A stretch of 30,112 bases of DNA from a virus. Lineage: Duplodnaviria > Caudoviricetes. The stretch spans positions 1 through 30,112 of IMG/VR virus record IMGVR_UViG_3300007956_000009; one strand, 5' to 3'. Both the position numbers and the translations under genes were made by a program. The first letter of the stretch is position 1. Every line of letters begins with the position of its first letter. Under the pieces are notes generated by a model. That model saw only the letters and a program-made list of their open reading frames with translations, was not told the DNA's origin and searched no databases. Below, one piece after another: positions 29,107 through 30,112 of the stretch.

Positions 29107-29236
29107 GATACATCTTCTTTTTGTTGTTTCTGCTCGTAGCAGCATACTTCGTGTGCTTCCCACATCCCTGACGGGATTTCTTGGGAATTGCTTCGATAGT
29201 TTGCTGACCGTTCAGTCCGACTCTTGCTTTTGCCAT
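29090..29236 (-). CDS. Small, highly basic protein (48 aa) ending YRGQGK; absent from the ORF track
   Basis: Manual translation: MAKARVGLNGQQTIEAIPKKSRQGCGKHTKYAATSRNNKKKMYRGQGK*. AAGGA Shine-Dalgarno 5 nt upstream. The YRGQG terminus is recalled from marine T4-like phages. Confidence 0.85.
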   Translation of the reverse strand: MAKARVGLNGQQTIEAIPKKSRQGCGKHTKYAATSRNNKKKMYRGQGK

Positions 29237-29259
29237 AATGATCCTTGATTTACCTCTGT

Positions 29260-29288
29260 ATTATACCATATTCATGATGAACTGCCAA
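29260..29288 (-). promoter_or_regulatory. Sigma70-type promoter TTGGCA-N17-TATAAT with extended -10 (TGGTATAAT)
   Basis: -35 at 29288-29283, -10 at 29265-29260, exact 17-bp spacer, 23 nt upstream of ATG 29236. Confidence 0.75.
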
Positions 29289-29628
29289 TCATGACAGTTG
29301 CTGGACCGTATGGACCAACAAGTGGTCTGGGAGTGCCTAACAATTGTGCCTGGTCTCCTACAACAGCTGGCAACTGTCCGTTAAAAAATACAGTAGTATT
29401 GTTTGTTACTACCATACTTCTAACTCCTGGTGTACATGGTCCTGGACCTATAGGTACTCCCTGTACTGTAGAAGGCACTGAAGCACTAGTATAGAACTTT
29501 GCCACTACTCCGCCCACCGTAATGTTCGGAGAGACGACTGGAGCGCCTCCTAGAGGTGTGGCAGGATATGTACAGTTTCCTACTACTGTAACCGTATCTA
29601 CAGTCTCAGGTACTACTAGTTGTGCCAT
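29272..29628 (-). CDS. PAAR-like baseplate spike-tip protein (T4 gp5.4-like), 118 aa
   Basis: SPNI.VGG, TVFFNGQLPAVVGD and TV.IG motifs, Pro/Gly-rich, two Cys. GGAGG Shine-Dalgarno upstream. Located upstream of gp25/gp6. Confidence 0.8.
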   Translation of the reverse strand: MAQLVVPETVDTVTVVGNCTYPATPLGGAPVVSPNITVGGVVAKFYTSASVPSTVQGVPIGPGPCTPGVRSMVVTNNTTVFFNGQLPAVVGDQAQLLGTPRPLVGPYGPATVMIGSSS

Positions 29629-29785
29629 TCTCTAACCTCCTTAGTCTTTCCTCTACTGTATTCAGATAATCCGTGACTAACATATATTCCCCACCAGGAG
29701 GCTTATACATCAACTTCATCTTGCTCAGATAGGTATTCAGTTCTTCCATCGAATGAAACTTTCTCTGCTCTGGTTGATCCGTCAT
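29606..29785 (-). CDS. Small hypothetical protein (59 aa; alternative start 29749); absent from the ORF track
   Basis: Manual translation: MTDQPEQRKFHSMEELNTYLSKMKLMYKPPGGEYMLVTDYLNTVEERLRRLENGTTSST*. It fills the 29629-29702 gap. The LMY.PPG...YL motif is recalled from cyanophage ORFs preceding PAAR. Confidence 0.7.
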   Translation of the reverse strand: MTDQPEQRKFHSMEELNTYLSKMKLMYKPPGGEYMLVTDYLNTVEERLRRLENGTTSST

Positions 29786-29942
29786 CTAATACTGACTCAA
29801 TGTTTACATCCCCAGGCTCTTTCAGTCCTTGGTAATACTCTGTTGCTACATTCTCCATGCTATCACAAAATTCATCAAATTGATCAAACATTGTTTCCTG
29901 TAATACGCCGTTAGGCGTCCTGAACGTTACTTTGTGTTTCAT
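29703..29942 (-). CDS. Acidic hypothetical protein (79 aa)
   Basis: ORF track; first gene after the late promoter at 30023-30030. Confidence 0.7.
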   Translation of the reverse strand: MKHKVTFRTPNGVLQETMFDQFDEFCDSMENVATEYYQGLKEPGDVNIESVLDDGSTRAEKVSFDGRTEYLSEQDEVDV

Positions 29943-30022
29943 GACTCGACTTCTGAGGCGGTTTTTTACCTGGGAAATTTTTTATTTTCGAGGTATTCTA
30001 AGATCTCGTTTTCCCTTCGTAA

Positions 30023-30030
30023 TATTTATC
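30023..30030 (-). promoter_or_regulatory. Late promoter (GATAAATA) heading the structural module
   Basis: Plus-strand tatttatc in non-coding DNA, 80 nt upstream of ATG 29942. Confidence 0.7.
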
Positions 30031-30051
30031 TCGCTTGGGTAACACTTTGTA

Positions 30052-30110
30052 GGTTAGGGTAGTGTTCGGTTTTTCGCTAAGGGGCTAGGGCGCTTCAGGG
30101 GCTTAGGGGG
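30052..30110 (+). repeat. G-run / degenerate TTAGGG-like repeat tract matching the G-quadruplex consensus
   Basis: GGGG-CTA-GGG-CGCTTCA-GGGG-CTTA-GGGGG at 30081-30110, plus GGTTAGGGT at 30052-30060. Confidence 0.6.
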
Positions 30111-30112
30111 CA

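Noticed and set aside
29107-29163. N-terminal extension MGSTRSMLLR... of the 186-aa ORF
   Set aside because: It overlaps the better-supported 48-aa gene; GTG 29106 is the more plausible start.
277-29494. The many plus-strand ORFs of 60-118 aa in the track
   Set aside because: All lie antisense to long, recognisable minus-strand genes and show no recognisable motifs. They are expected shadows of biased codon usage.
1-30112. CRISPR array, DGR template/variable repeats, invertible segments, tRNAs
   Set aside because: I saw no nucleotide-level direct repeats, reverse transcriptase, recombinase or cloverleaf by eye. The repeats are diverged and visible only at protein level.

Overview
The window is a co-oriented, all minus-strand block of tail/baseplate genes from a T4-like marine cyanomyovirus (Kyanoviridae-type; AT-rich). 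In transcription order (right to left) it has a non-coding leader with a late promoter, two small hypothetical ORFs, a PAAR spike-tip gene, a 48-aa basic peptide, a DUF1415-like ORF, a 52-aa ORF, gp25, gp6, a 3232-aa gp7, gp8, a 2690-aa VrlC/DUF4815 structural protein, a 66-aa ORF, a 1617-aa fibre-like protein, a 171-aa ORF and the 5' part of another fibre-like gene. Three ORFs are missing from the supplied track and two starts are re-assigned. The best signals are (i) two cupredoxin-like modules with a complete His/Cys/His/Met ligand set inside the 1617-aa fibre, one at the centre of a nested out-and-back A1-A4/B4-B1 repeat architecture, with a ligand-less copy in gp7; (ii) a hairpin pairing a late promoter with the VrlC ribosome-binding region; (iii) a sigma70-type promoter overlapping the PAAR gene end that would drive the basic peptide cassette; and (iv) a G-quadruplex-type, TTAGGG-like tract at the right edge. 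All family assignments come from motif recognition by eye; no searches were run.
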